From a virus (taxonomy: Duplodnaviria > Caudoviricetes): a DNA stretch of 58,285 nt. The stretch covers positions 1 through 58,285 of IMG/VR virus record IMGVR_UViG_3300021961_000113; one strand, written 5' to 3'. The translations under genes were made by a program, and so were the position numbers. Every line of letters begins with the position of its first letter. Positions within the stretch are counted from its first letter, which is position 1. The notes below the pieces were generated by a model, which had not been told where the DNA came from, made no database searches, and worked only from the letters and a program-made list of their open reading frames with translations. Positions 1 to 9,769 of this stretch are shown piece by piece.

Positions 1-471
1 ACCAAGTGCAGTAAGTGAAGCGAATACAGAATTAGCCCCGTTTTGAGCAGCAGTTGATACTGTCGCTGCCGCACCACCCGTACCGACCGTAACCGTGTAA
101 GCCGTACCTAGGTCAAACGAAGCATTTAGCGCCTCAAGGAATCCACCACCACCACCGCCACCACCCATCTGAGATGCGCCAGAACCACCCGAACCACCGC
201 CCCCGGCAATGATGAGATAGCTAACAACGAAGTCAGAACCAGCAGTTGCGTCAGAACCCGAAGCAGTTTCCGAAATGGAAACGTCAATAACGTTTGTGCC
301 TTGGGTTGTGTCTGAGCCTGTAGCTGTTTCTGCTACGGCTGCTTGTGCATCGAGAAGTGCATCTAGCGTATCGGCAGCGTTGGCCGACTCTTGAATTACC
401 GCATCAATTGGCCCTGTGCCACTGCTAACCGCTGAGAACGGCGAGGCTGAAAATGGATCAAAGCCGAACAC
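1..471 (-). CDS. Virion structural protein with glycine-rich domain (partial, runs off left end)
   Basis: Read manually, absent from the ORF track: GTG at 471, MFGFDPFSASPFSAV...VSYLIIAGGGGSGG...GGGGGGGFLE...YTVTVGTGG; typical Gly-rich phage tail domain; frame open to base 1. Confidence 0.75.
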   Translation of the reverse strand, partial: MFGFDPFSASPFSAVSSGTGPIDAVIQESANAADTLDALLDAQAAVAETATGSDTTQGTNVIDVSISETASGSDATAGSDFVVSYLIIAGGGGSGGSGASQMGGGGGGGGFLEALNASFDLGTAYTVTVGTGGAAATVSTAAQNGANSVFASLTALG

Positions 472-480
472 ATTGTTGCC

Positions 481-780
481 TTATATGAGCTGTGCGGTGG
501 TGAGGTTGATAATCTGATCAGTCGTGAGGGTTTCTGGGATTGTAATGGGTATTGCTTCTGAAGGCACCTTTTCTGCTCGCTTTACCCATCCCTGCCCTAT
601 ATACCAGCGCCATGTCCCAGGTTCTGTTGGTTTCGGGGTTAGTACGTGCCATGCTCCAGATGCCCATATGACTTCGTGGTTTTCAGGCACATCTGTCGGA
701 GGCGCAGGAGCCTGTTGCCAGCCTTCAGTACCATCTGTTTCAGTGCTTGGGATAGACCCGTTCTTTGTCCAGTATTGCAT
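481..780 (-). CDS. Small Trp/Pro-rich tail-fibre-associated protein (allele A)
   Basis: Directly follows the LamG fibre gene; N-terminal ~30 aa nearly identical to 57638..57952. Confidence 0.7.
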   Translation of the reverse strand: MQYWTKNGSIPSTETDGTEGWQQAPAPPTDVPENHEVIWASGAWHVLTPKPTEPGTWRWYIGQGWVKRAEKVPSEAIPITIPETLTTDQIINLTTAQLI

Positions 781-1113
781 GGTCTACCTCTATAACGTGG
801 GAAACGCCGCTGTTGGTGGCGTGAAGTTGGCTGTGTAGCGAGCGTATCCTTTGGTAACGCGAAGGTCTTGGATGTAGCCATAAAACGGATTTACTGGTGT
901 TGTGTCAAAACTTGCGCCAATTCTTGGAACTGTTCTGCTAATGTAAGTGTTTGAATCAGTGTATGTACTACCTACTTGCGTACCACCAACAAACATTTTT
1001 GTACTCGTTCCGCTTCTTGCAACGGCAATGTGATACCAAGTATTTATGCTTAACGCTGATGCCCCTTGAATTCTACTGGCCCCATTAAGCCACCATGTAG
1101 GCTTACCACTATT
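692..1113. repeat. Copy 1 of a 422 bp repeat (copy 2 at 57864..58285)
   Basis: Manual alignment at offset 57172: ~14 mismatches in 692-986, and 987-1113 identical to the last 127 bp of the window. Confidence 0.92.
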
Positions 1114-2823
1114 TAAGACAAAATGAGACCCTAAAGAAGGGTCTGCTGTTCTTGCATCCCATACCGCTTGATAAGCAGGGGACACTGTGGTTGTATAAAG
1201 CCAAAGTTCAAAAGTAAAGTCGCCTGTTCCAAAAGCATAAAAATCAGATACCGGTGGGATGACGGGTAAATAATCAGGTGGTGACCCCGTCCCATCAAAA
1301 GCCATACTGCTAGGCGGGAACTTATACTGCGCCGTACTTATCTGAGCATTCCCCACCGTCTCCAAGTCATTCTTGCTCGTAGCGTCATAGACACCAGCGT
1401 TGGTGAAGTTGGTGAGAAGTACAGTATTAGTTATTGCTGTTGGAGGTGCTGACGGAGTGAAGTTACTTGTATAAGCCGCAGAACCTTTTAATACCCTAAG
1501 CCCAGAAATATAACCAGTAAATGGGCTTCCATATCCACCTTGCCTTCCAATTTCAACGGCAGTTGAGGTGGTTGGTATTGTTGTAGTCCAAGCGCCAGAG
1601 CTAACAGAGCCGTTTACGGCCTTATACATTGTGTTTCCGCTTCTACCGAAATACAAATGCACCCATGTATTAGCCTGCACTGCGTTAGTAAGTGTTGATG
1701 TTGTACTAGCTGGGATTGCAAACAAAGCGTCCGCATTGTTTAATACAAAAATCCATGATCTGGCCGCACCATCCTTGGTGATAATTGCTTTGCCTCCAGA
1801 TACATTTGGTACATACACCCAAGCCTCAATAGAAAAATCTCCAGAACCAAAGTCAAAAGCAGAATTATTTGCAATACTCAAATAATCCCCACTACCATCA
1901 AAATACCCACTCCCACCATAGGTCGCAGCAGACCACGATGCAGTGGGGTTGAATGGGGAGAAGGCGACTACGGTTGGGGAGCCTGAAGTGGTAAAGACCC
2001 AACCATTGCTGCTGTTATCAAGGAAACGATTTGATTGACAAGCAAGAAGCTCAACCTGGGTTGCTGTGGCCCCTTGGCTTGTGGTTGTTAAAGGTGTGGT
2101 GCTTGGTGTAAATGCCCCTGTATAAAGAGCGGTTCCAACAGTAAGCCTTACGTTTGAGACATACCCGCTTAGCCTTCTAGCGGAAGTGTTAAATCCTGTT
2201 GTCCCAATATATAAGGCAGAAGAATTTGAAAGGTTGTCTGATAAAGTGAATGTGTAAAACAGAGACCCATCGACATAAATCTTTGTTTGATTTGATCCAG
2301 TCCCTTCTCTTACTAATGCAATGTGATACCACCGATTAGTAGAAATTGTCGATGTTGAATCGTAATCTGCCACTGTTGTACCAACCCTTATTTTCATGGC
2401 CCCTGCTGATGAATACAGCAATGAAACCATCCATGCGCCTGATGCTCCCGATCCAATGTGTAATACAGATCCATACGACTGCGATTGCTGATCAGTTGTT
2501 GCATACACCCAAAACTCAGCTGTGAAATTGGACGTTCCTGGTGCAACAACAGATGTTGTTGATGTGTTTGCTAAATAACTACTACCATCAAAATAATTCC
2601 CCCACCCAGTCTGACTGAACGGTGAGAACGTACCTTGTGTCGTGTTGCCGTTGCGGGTGATGGTGAAGTTATTGGTAGAACCGTCTAAGAACGTATTGTT
2701 CTGCGCCCCATTCGTACCTGTCCCAGGAAGCAGTAGGGTTGTGTAATCAAAGTAAGGGTCGGTCGTTGCAGGGGCGGAGCCAGAAAACGCCGCCGCTATT
2801 GCCGCTGTTAATGCGCCAGCCAT
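790..2823 (-). CDS. Tail fibre / receptor-binding protein with three LamG (ConA-like lectin) domains
   Basis: Three repeats of YFDG...FTxExWVY...W(Y/V)H...GY(I/V)xxxR; start moved to ATG 2823 (MAGALTAA), which overlaps the upstream stop. Confidence 0.88.
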   Translation of the reverse strand: MAGALTAAIAAAFSGSAPATTDPYFDYTTLLLPGTGTNGAQNNTFLDGSTNNFTITRNGNTTQGTFSPFSQTGWGNYFDGSSYLANTSTTSVVAPGTSNFTAEFWVYATTDQQSQSYGSVLHIGSGASGAWMVSLLYSSAGAMKIRVGTTVADYDSTSTISTNRWYHIALVREGTGSNQTKIYVDGSLFYTFTLSDNLSNSSALYIGTTGFNTSARRLSGYVSNVRLTVGTALYTGAFTPSTTPLTTTSQGATATQVELLACQSNRFLDNSSNGWVFTTSGSPTVVAFSPFNPTASWSAATYGGSGYFDGSGDYLSIANNSAFDFGSGDFSIEAWVYVPNVSGGKAIITKDGAARSWIFVLNNADALFAIPASTTSTLTNAVQANTWVHLYFGRSGNTMYKAVNGSVSSGAWTTTIPTTSTAVEIGRQGGYGSPFTGYISGLRVLKGSAAYTSNFTPSAPPTAITNTVLLTNFTNAGVYDATSKNDLETVGNAQISTAQYKFPPSSMAFDGTGSPPDYLPVIPPVSDFYAFGTGDFTFELWLYTTTVSPAYQAVWDARTADPSLGSHFVLNSGKPTWWLNGASRIQGASALSINTWYHIAVARSGTSTKMFVGGTQVGSTYTDSNTYISRTVPRIGASFDTTPVNPFYGYIQDLRVTKGYARYTANFTPPTAAFPTL

Positions 2824-3542
2824 CAGGTTACCCCCGCTCCAGAAACATACCAAGTATCGGTTGCGACCTTCAACATTGTTGCCATACCTTTAGTTGCCAC
2901 CGTTCTATTACCCGTCGATCCGTTGGCGAGTTGAAACGTCACGCCAGCACCAGAAATTGTCAAGTTTCCAGAATTGTCATTAACAACAAGAATGACAGTT
3001 CCTGTGGCAAGTGGCGTTGTTGCATTTGTGTTTACTGTAAGCGTTGCCGTAGAACCGCCTGTGAAGTAAATGTGCTTACCAGCATCCGTCGCGGCAACTG
3101 TTGTGTTCGTGCTTTGCGGGGCGTTGATGTAACCAACGCCATTAGTACCATCTACCGTACAACCAGAGAGCGTACCAGACGATGGAGTACCTAAAGCCCC
3201 TCCTGGTTCCACATAATCCGTTCCTGCGCTCGCAGCAGAAATCGCTGTGCCATCACCCTTGAGTACGCCTGTAATCGAGGTTGATAGCGTAATTGCTGGT
3301 GTTGTGCTCGCGGTTGCAACTGTACCGGCTAGACCATTAGCCGAAACAACCGAAACCGTGGTTACGCTTCCTGAACCTCCAGACGTAAAAGTCAGATTGC
3401 CAGAACCATCGGTAGACAGAAACTGCCCCGATGTTCCGTCCACGCCGGGAAGTGTAAACGTCGTGCTCGATGAAGTATTAGCCGATTGAAGTGTAGTGGC
3501 TCCAGTACCACTAGCATTCCCTTTTACGATTAACGCAGACAT
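2823..3542 (-). CDS. Tail fibre-like structural protein
   Basis: T/G/S-rich; TLPGVDGTSGQFLSTDGSGNL, LGTPSSGTL and C-terminal KVATDTWYVSG fibre motifs. Confidence 0.75.
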   Translation of the reverse strand: MSALIVKGNASGTGATTLQSANTSSSTTFTLPGVDGTSGQFLSTDGSGNLTFTSGGSGSVTTVSVVSANGLAGTVATASTTPAITLSTSITGVLKGDGTAISAASAGTDYVEPGGALGTPSSGTLSGCTVDGTNGVGYINAPQSTNTTVAATDAGKHIYFTGGSTATLTVNTNATTPLATGTVILVVNDNSGNLTISGAGVTFQLANGSTGNRTVATKGMATMLKVATDTWYVSGAGVT

Positions 3543-3553
3543 AACTATTCCTT

Positions 3554-5572
3554 TTAATACAAAGTCGCTAATGCGCCGGGTTTGAGCACATACCAGCTTT
3601 GACTTGTTGGGACGGTCACCGAAACGCCAGAGCCCAGATAAATTGGTCCTACACCAACATTGACGCCTGTGATTGTAGTATCACCGCTACCACCTCCGCC
3701 ACCTGATATGGTCACAGTAACTGCATTACCTACCGCTGTTGCCGCTACACCTGAACCAACAAAATTGAACGACGATACCGCAGCCGTTATTTGTGTCCCT
3801 TCATCGCTAACAGGAATTGTTGCGGCCGCCGTTGGCGTTGCCCATGTACCATCGCCACGCCAGAAAGTTGAAGCGGATGCCAACGTTCCTGAGTTTAGGT
3901 TTGTAACAGGCAGATTCCCAGTTACACCTGTAGACAACGGCAGCCCCGTGGCATTTGTTAACGTACCTGATAATGGTGTCCCTAACGCGCCACCATTGAC
4001 AACAAAAGCACCTGCACTTCCTGTGTTGACGCCTAACGCTGTAACAACACCAGTACCCGTCGTTATTGTTGACGGCGCGACACCGGCACCACCACCAACA
4101 ACAATTGAGTTAGCCGCCAAGGCACCTGAACTAGCCCAAGTTGTTCCGCTGGAAAAATAAGGTATGCCACCGCTGGTACCAGCGATCGTTAGCGCCAAGG
4201 TCCCAGAAGTCGTAATTGGCGATCCAGTGACAGAAACAATACCCCCGGTAAATGTTTGCGCCACGGAAGTTACTGTGCCCGAACCGCTTCCGGTTGCTGT
4301 TAATACTCCCGCCGCAAGGTTCAATCCAGACCCAACCGTAATGTTGCTGAATCCGCCGGAGCCATTGTTTGCTAATAATTGTGCAACAGTTCCCGTTGTT
4401 GCGGCGGCATAATCAGTGCCTGCGGTCGCGGTCGTGAAACCGGAACCATTTCCTTTAAGAACCCCATTTAGGGTGGTCGATACAGCCAACGTCCCTGATG
4501 TCGTGATTGGAGATCCCGTAACCGAAAAACCTGTTGGCATGGTTAAAGCAACGCTAGTAACACTTCCAGAACCGCTTCCTGTGGCGGTTAATGTGCCTGC
4601 GCTATAGCTTAAACCCGACCCAACGGTGACATTACTAAAACCTCCAGATCCATTGCTACCTAATAATTGAGTGGCGGTCCCTGTTGTAGCAGGTGCGTAA
4701 TCAGTGCTTGACACCGCCGCGGAGATAACCCCAGAAGAAGCTTTTAGCAAACCTGTAGTTGTTGCCGCCTTGATTAACTTGCCAGTTACGCCATCAAACA
4801 GCGCGATCTGATTATTAACAGAAGAAGAAGGCCCGATAACGTCTCCAACGCCGCCAGAACCAATCGCTGCCCATCCTGCCGATGCCGTATATGACTCAAG
4901 AACACCAATGTCGGTGTTATATCGCAAGGCGCCAAACGCTGAAGCACTACGCTGCGCTGTTGTGCCCGATGGCAATACAGCAGATCCGGTACCAGGAAAA
5001 ACAGGATTGCTTGCGATACTAATTGTTGGATTTCCAAGACTTGTATCGCCGCTTGCGATATTTATTTGATTGGCTGTTCCAATAATCGATACTAAACCGG
5101 CGCCAGGACCCGTTGTTCTTGCAACGAAACCAAAACCAGAAGAAATCGCTGCGATTTGCGAGACAAATCCGGAAAGCGATATGGTTGGGTCGGCAGAGGT
5201 ACCATCTGCATTAGATACGGCCAAGCCACTACCGGAGACCGCTAAGGATCTTGGCGTGATGGTTGTGCCGGACTTAGTCAGAATGCCGTTTCCTGCGCTT
5301 ACCAAGGATGCTAAGGCGCCCTGCGGAGAGATTTGAAGGGTCCCCTGGGCGCCGCCATCGGTTATACCAAGACCCGCTCCGACGCCGATAGCTCGGCTTA
5401 ATGTCAGCAAGGGCTGGTTACCTACCGTGATAAACGGGTAATTCAAACTGATGGAACCTGCAATCGCCGCGGTAGTCGTTTGTATAGTCGTGCCGTTTTG
5501 GCTAACCGGCACCAGTTCCGTGCCCGTTATAGCACTTCCGGTTGGTAGCTCAGAGATTCGCAAGTTGGGCAT
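3554..5572 (-). CDS. Tail fibre-like structural protein
   Basis: RISELP N-terminus, PSGTTAQR...LRYNTD, repeated GSGSVTSV...[22 protein letters not shown] motifs. Confidence 0.8.
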   Translation of the reverse strand: MPNLRISELPTGSAITGTELVPVSQNGTTIQTTTAAIAGSISLNYPFITVGNQPLLTLSRAIGVGAGLGITDGGAQGTLQISPQGALASLVSAGNGILTKSGTTITPRSLAVSGSGLAVSNADGTSADPTISLSGFVSQIAAISSGFGFVARTTGPGAGLVSIIGTANQINIASGDTSLGNPTISIASNPVFPGTGSAVLPSGTTAQRSASAFGALRYNTDIGVLESYTASAGWAAIGSGGVGDVIGPSSSVNNQIALFDGVTGKLIKAATTTGLLKASSGVISAAVSSTDYAPATTGTATQLLGSNGSGGFSNVTVGSGLSYSAGTLTATGSGSGSVTSVALTMPTGFSVTGSPITTSGTLAVSTTLNGVLKGNGSGFTTATAGTDYAAATTGTVAQLLANNGSGGFSNITVGSGLNLAAGVLTATGSGSGTVTSVAQTFTGGIVSVTGSPITTSGTLALTIAGTSGGIPYFSSGTTWASSGALAANSIVVGGGAGVAPSTITTGTGVVTALGVNTGSAGAFVVNGGALGTPLSGTLTNATGLPLSTGVTGNLPVTNLNSGTLASASTFWRGDGTWATPTAAATIPVSDEGTQITAAVSSFNFVGSGVAATAVGNAVTVTISGGGGGSGDTTITGVNVGVGPIYLGSGVSVTVPTSQSWYVLKPGALATLY

Positions 5573-5573
5573 A

Positions 5574-5903
5574 TCAGTCTTCCAGGCCGTCGATGTTACC
5601 GTTTACCGGGACATTTGCCTGCTCGGGCGAAATGATCGAGGTGTTATACGGATTGGTGATCAGCGCGTCGTTGTCTACGGTTAGTGGCGTATCAGGACGC
5701 GGCCACCGAAGCGTAATTCTCTCAGTTTGTCGGGCAGGAAGTCGATAGGGATCGAACTGATCCTTGCATCCCTGGTCGCAAACCATCAACCCAGGGTAAT
5801 TCGGGTCCGAAGAAAGCTGGACGTAAGCCCTCTTCATGCTGCACCGACCGCATATGGCGATCGAGAGCACCGTATTGCCATGAGTGTCAAGGAATCTAGG
5901 CAT
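5574..5903 (-). CDS. Conserved Cys-containing neck-region protein
   Basis: ICGRC...LMVC..CKDQFDP..RPD pattern; tightly packed in the structural operon. Confidence 0.7.
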   Translation of the reverse strand: MPRFLDTHGNTVLSIAICGRCSMKRAYVQLSSDPNYPGLMVCDQGCKDQFDPYRLPARQTERITLRWPRPDTPLTVDNDALITNPYNTSIISPEQANVPVNGNIDGLED

Positions 5904-6952
5904 TATCGGGTGTACATCGAAATATTCGGAGCGAAGTAGATCGGGCTCTTGTCGCGCTCTTCCTGCTCGACGTCGTACAAGGCCTCCTTGGCGTACTTTT
6001 CAAGCATAAGGATGCGGTTTTCCTGCACGTCAGGAAGCTCGAGGCTCATCGCATGGGCAAGCATGGCCTGAATGGCCGGAAACCAACGCTGGGGGACCTC
6101 GATGGAATCCCTTAGGGCCCCAACATCCTCAATTTGCCGCTGCCGCCAGCAGACCATTTGCACGAAGCTATTGTTCGGGACCGGCCACAAGTAAACCTGG
6201 GGGTCCAGCTTGCGATCAAACCAGAATTGCAAGGGCTGATTGCTTGGGAAGTTGCGGTTCGGCAGGTTCGTGTAGTCGTCCTGATTGAGCCTAGCCATCG
6301 GAATATCGGTGACCGTGGTCCCAAAGTAGACCTCGCGCATAACCAGGGTGCCGGAAACGGCCCTCACGCGGTAATAGGGTACCGATACCCCAGGCTCGAT
6401 CGTGAACCATGTCCACTCGTTGTCCACCAAGACCGTCGATCCCGGGTTCTTGAGCGTGCTCCAGGTCGATCCGTCGGAGGAATATTCGATGATCAGGTTG
6501 ACTGTCGAGGAAGTGCCCGGAAGAAGGCCGACCATCGTGACGTAGGTATCGCCCGTGTACTGAATGGCAATGTTCCCGCCTGGGGAAGTCTGCGTGCAAA
6601 TGGTGTCGGTATTCTCATCGAAGGCATTAGCAACCGTGCCGCCAGCCGAGGACGTGTAAGAGCCCGAGGGTCTCATCGTCTTGCGGTAGAGCACATTGCG
6701 CACGTCCACGGTCCCGACAGGAAGGTCGTAGATGTACTGCAAGGCCTTCATGCCGATGATGGTCTGCTCGACGCACCAAAACTGAATCCCACGGTTTGCG
6801 AGGTTCGATAGCAGGTAGTAAAGGTTTTGCCTGGAGGCGTTGACCTGCTCGACCGTCAGCGATTCGGCAAACTTACCGCTGCGACGAGCCCCATGATCGA
6901 TGAGGCTTTGCGTCGTGATGACTGTTTGGCCTACCGTGCCCGATGTTGTCAT
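5903..6952 (-). CDS. Head-tail adaptor protein with inserted beta-sandwich (discoidin-like) domain
   Basis: MTTSGT start, NRGIQFW, LNQDDYTNLPN...PLQFWFDR...LWPVP, VPQRWFPA motifs of podophage adaptors; position after head genes. Confidence 0.7.
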   Translation of the reverse strand: MTTSGTVGQTVITTQSLIDHGARRSGKFAESLTVEQVNASRQNLYYLLSNLANRGIQFWCVEQTIIGMKALQYIYDLPVGTVDVRNVLYRKTMRPSGSYTSSAGGTVANAFDENTDTICTQTSPGGNIAIQYTGDTYVTMVGLLPGTSSTVNLIIEYSSDGSTWSTLKNPGSTVLVDNEWTWFTIEPGVSVPYYRVRAVSGTLVMREVYFGTTVTDIPMARLNQDDYTNLPNRNFPSNQPLQFWFDRKLDPQVYLWPVPNNSFVQMVCWRQRQIEDVGALRDSIEVPQRWFPAIQAMLAHAMSLELPDVQENRILMLEKYAKEALYDVEQEERDKSPIYFAPNISMYTR

Positions 6953-6961
6953 CGCTACCCC

Positions 6962-7360
6962 TTAGCATTTCCAGCGCCGTAGGGACGCTTTGGCGCGTTC
7001 AGCAGGTCCCTTGGCATTATCCACTACCCCTTGCATTCTCGCGCAAAAGGAACGCTTTCTGGCGCCTCCTTCGGGCTGTGGAGCCTTCAGGTTTGATCCT
7101 GTTTCTCGGTTGTATTTCGCTCTACCCTTGGCGGTAAGACCCGCTCCTTGAGAGACCGGAAGCTTTTCGCCACGGCCGACCGCAAGACTCGGGCCACCCT
7201 CTTTAAGTCGTTCAGGAAGCTTTTCATAGGATTTCTTTCCGACGTTTGATTTGGTGTACTCAGACCCTACGCTCGGCTTAATACCGACCTTCTTGGCGAA
7301 CGAGGGGTTATGGGCCACCGCCTGCATCAGGCGGAACTGCTCCTTAGACTTGGCTGGCAC
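6962..7360 (-). CDS. Small basic protein; MPAKS..AVAHNP module fused through LKEGG to a DUF6321-like module
   Basis: GLTAKGRAKYNRETGSNLKAP...RKRSFCARM...SLRRWKC. Confidence 0.7.
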   Translation of the reverse strand: MPAKSKEQFRLMQAVAHNPSFAKKVGIKPSVGSEYTKSNVGKKSYEKLPERLKEGGPSLAVGRGEKLPVSQGAGLTAKGRAKYNRETGSNLKAPQPEGGARKRSFCARMQGVVDNAKGPAERAKASLRRWKC

Positions 7361-7362
7361 TT

Positions 7363-7779
7363 TTAACCCCTTGGGTTCACATAGTGCTTGACCATCTCCA
7401 GAACGACCGTGTAGGTATCACCCGCAGAGGCATCCAGCGTAGTGAAGGTGATCGCCCCATCTTTACCGGCGCCTGCGTTATTCGTAAGGCCACCGATCTT
7501 TTCAAAATCTTGCTGATAAGCGTTATTTTGTGGAATCGTCTCAATAATGACGGGCGTTGTCGCCTTCCACTTTATCTGCACTTCCATGCCGTGCGTAAGT
7601 GCTGTGATCTTCGTGATTGAGACTGCATCACAAGCACCGCCAGCCTCCGAAGGATTCAACGAGGAAGGATTGACCTTAACCACGTTGGTCTCGCCCGTAC
7701 CATCGCTCGTGTTGGTGAACTTCATGATGGCCATGCGTTCGCCATCAAACAATGTTTGGCTTGCAACTGCATCTGCCAT
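7363..7779 (-). CDS. Conserved virion protein
   Basis: MADAVASQTLFDG..MKFTNTSDGTGE...GDTYTVVLE, seen in head modules of aquatic phages. Confidence 0.7.
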   Translation of the reverse strand: MADAVASQTLFDGERMAIMKFTNTSDGTGETNVVKVNPSSLNPSEAGGACDAVSITKITALTHGMEVQIKWKATTPVIIETIPQNNAYQQDFEKIGGLTNNAGAGKDGAITFTTLDASAGDTYTVVLEMVKHYVNPRG

Positions 7780-7799
7780 GGTAATCCCCAGTTAGAAGC

Positions 7800-7815
7800 G
7801 GGGGCCTGAGCCCCC
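7800..7815 (-). promoter_or_regulatory. Intercistronic GC hairpin GGGGGC-UCAG-GCCCCC without U tract
   Basis: 6 bp stem just after the stop of 7821..8396. Confidence 0.6.
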
Positions 7816-7820
7816 ACTGT

Positions 7821-8396
7821 TTAGCACGCGCCGCCGTAGGCCTTCTTAGCAATCCGACCGCCCTTTTTATGGGTGTCGGCAAGCTTCGTTATGTACGGAG
7901 GTTTGGTAGCGGGCACCTTCGGGTACTTCACTGCCTTGCCGTCGTCCTGAAGTCCGCCCTTCTTGAACGTCTGGATAACGCCACCGGTAGCGTGCTTCTG
8001 AATAACGCCGCCGGTTGCATAGGCTGCAACACCACCCGCTTTAAGGCCTTTATGCGCCTTGGAAGCAGGCTTGTCCTCGTGGGACTTGAGTTCCTTCTTG
8101 ATGCCTTTCATCTCGGCCATTTCGGCCTTGTGCATCGACTTGGACTCAACCTCGCCGCCCTTCTTGCGCATCATGGGACCGCGCATACCACCTTTAGGCA
8201 CGGTCATCTTGGGAGCGATACCACGACGTGCTGCCATGGGGATACCACGCTCTGAAGGCTTTGCAGCCGCAGGCATACCCATAGCGTCAGGCATCCCGCC
8301 CATCGCTTTACGTTGCACATGGCCACCCTTCTTCAGCTTTAACTCCACTGAAGGCTCGGTGGTCATCATTTTCACCATCGGCTTGAACTGACCCAT
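7821..8396 (-). CDS. Lys/Gly/Met-rich basic protein built from xxxGG repeats (putative internal head protein)
   Basis: LKKGG, KAMGG, RKKGG, LKAGG, YATGG, HATGG, FKKGG, HKKGG, KAYGG. Confidence 0.8.
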   Translation of the reverse strand: MGQFKPMVKMMTTEPSVELKLKKGGHVQRKAMGGMPDAMGMPAAAKPSERGIPMAARRGIAPKMTVPKGGMRGPMMRKKGGEVESKSMHKAEMAEMKGIKKELKSHEDKPASKAHKGLKAGGVAAYATGGVIQKHATGGVIQTFKKGGLQDDGKAVKYPKVPATKPPYITKLADTHKKGGRIAKKAYGGAC

Positions 8397-8406
8397 GATC
8401 CGCTCC

Positions 8407-8799
8407 TTATGCGAACGACTTGTAGACGATCGTCACACGGGCAGCGCCTGCACTTGCTGCTGTGCCGGTCTGGCTGAAGGTTACGGTTGCATAGTCAACG
8501 TCGCTGGTACCCACGTTAGCCCAGGCACTGTATACGCCGGTCGTGGCGACCGAAGCGCGTCCAGCAGAGCCAACGGAAGTCGAAGCGACATAAGCAGCAG
8601 CCGATCCCGTCTTGCCTACCGTGACCGTGTTGGTCGTACCGGCATTGAAAGCAGTCGTCACGTCGATATTGACATCGATGATCTGAGCGCCTGCGGGGAG
8701 CGTGCCAATGGTGACCGCGGAGGTGTCTGTATAAGCGATCGTTGCGGTGATCGCCGACAGTACGCCTGCTGCATTAGTCACATTGTTGTTGTACGCCAT
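8407..8799 (-). CDS. Capsid decoration-like protein
   Basis: LPAGAQIID..IDVTTAFNAGT..VG beta-rich motif; immediately downstream of the MCP. Confidence 0.7.
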   Translation of the reverse strand: MAYNNNVTNAAGVLSAITATIAYTDTSAVTIGTLPAGAQIIDVNIDVTTAFNAGTTNTVTVGKTGSAAAYVASTSVGSAGRASVATTGVYSAWANVGTSDVDYATVTFSQTGTAASAGAARVTIVYKSFA

Positions 8800-8817
8800 T
8801 TTTCTCTCCTATGAGGA

Positions 8818-8835
8818 GAGGGGCCGAAGCCCCTC
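8818..8835 (-). promoter_or_regulatory. C(UUCG)G hairpin after the major capsid gene
   Basis: GAGGGGC-TTCG-GCCCCTC on the minus strand. Confidence 0.8.
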
Positions 8836-8841
8836 GCCGGT

Positions 8842-9756
8842 TTAGACGCCAGGAGTACCGTACATGGCACGCGGGTCGGTCCAGCCGATGTCGTAACGCT
8901 CGGTGGCCTTGTAACGCATGGAGTCGGTTTCGAAGTCACCTTCCATGGTTTTCTCAAGGGCACGGCGCATCATCAGCTTCATGCCTTCCGGTGCGTCGGT
9001 CTGCACCCACCATGCGGTAGGCGAGGTCAAACGGCTGATAACCGAAGCGCCCTCGGACAGCAAGCCAATCGATTTGATCGGGTTGATGTCGTTGTTCGCG
9101 GTACCAGCACGCAGAACGCTCTTAAGCAGAACTTCAGCCTGGAAGGTGTTGCCAGGAGCAACAACCAACTTCAGCGGGTTCAAACGGATCTTCTTGCCGT
9201 TGTTGTCAACAGCCTGACGGATCTGGATGAGCATCTGCTCGAGGGACGTTTGCGAAAGGTTCGCAGCAGTCGTAAGCAGGTTGCTGAAGGTGCCCGAGAC
9301 GATTGGGTGAGAGGCGGAGTTCAAAGGAACGCCGTCGCCACCGTTGTAGCCTGCGGTAAAGGCACGGTTGAGCACGTTGGCTGCCAAGGTCTCCTTGGTC
9401 TCGACGAGAGACTGTGCGAGGTGCTTAGCATAGACCTGACCAATCCGGATATGGTCGCCGTCTTCCACGAGCACTTTGGTCAGTGCGAAGGCCAAACCAT
9501 AGACCTTGTACACATAGCGCTTGAGGAAGAGCACGCCGCCCTGCTGATATGTGACGGGAGTGCCGTCAGGCATTTCAGGGGCTGCGCCGAAGCCATAAAG
9601 GACCGGCTCTTCGTGGTAGTTGCGGGGGATACCGTTTTGCTCACGGAAAACGGTGGACCACTCATCGGCTCTCTGGTCGTAAATGCCGTCGAACGATTCG
9701 TTAAGGATCGGTTCGACAATCGACCGAAAGTCGGTACTGCGCATCGGGGCTGCCAT
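8842..9756 (-). CDS. Major capsid protein (HK97 fold, Mu gpT-like)
   Basis: YGFGAAP, YGLAFALT..L.ED, DGVPL.SASHP, GDFETDSMRYKATERY..GWTDPR motifs. Confidence 0.92.
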   Translation of the reverse strand: MAAPMRSTDFRSIVEPILNESFDGIYDQRADEWSTVFREQNGIPRNYHEEPVLYGFGAAPEMPDGTPVTYQQGGVLFLKRYVYKVYGLAFALTKVLVEDGDHIRIGQVYAKHLAQSLVETKETLAANVLNRAFTAGYNGGDGVPLNSASHPIVSGTFSNLLTTAANLSQTSLEQMLIQIRQAVDNNGKKIRLNPLKLVVAPGNTFQAEVLLKSVLRAGTANNDINPIKSIGLLSEGASVISRLTSPTAWWVQTDAPEGMKLMMRRALEKTMEGDFETDSMRYKATERYDIGWTDPRAMYGTPGV

Positions 9757-9769
9757 GATCTAGCCCTCC

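Noticed and set aside
692-1113. Diversity-generating retroelement TR/VR pair (with 57864..58285)
   Set aside because: No reverse transcriptase in the window; mismatches are not adenine-specific and are mostly synonymous.
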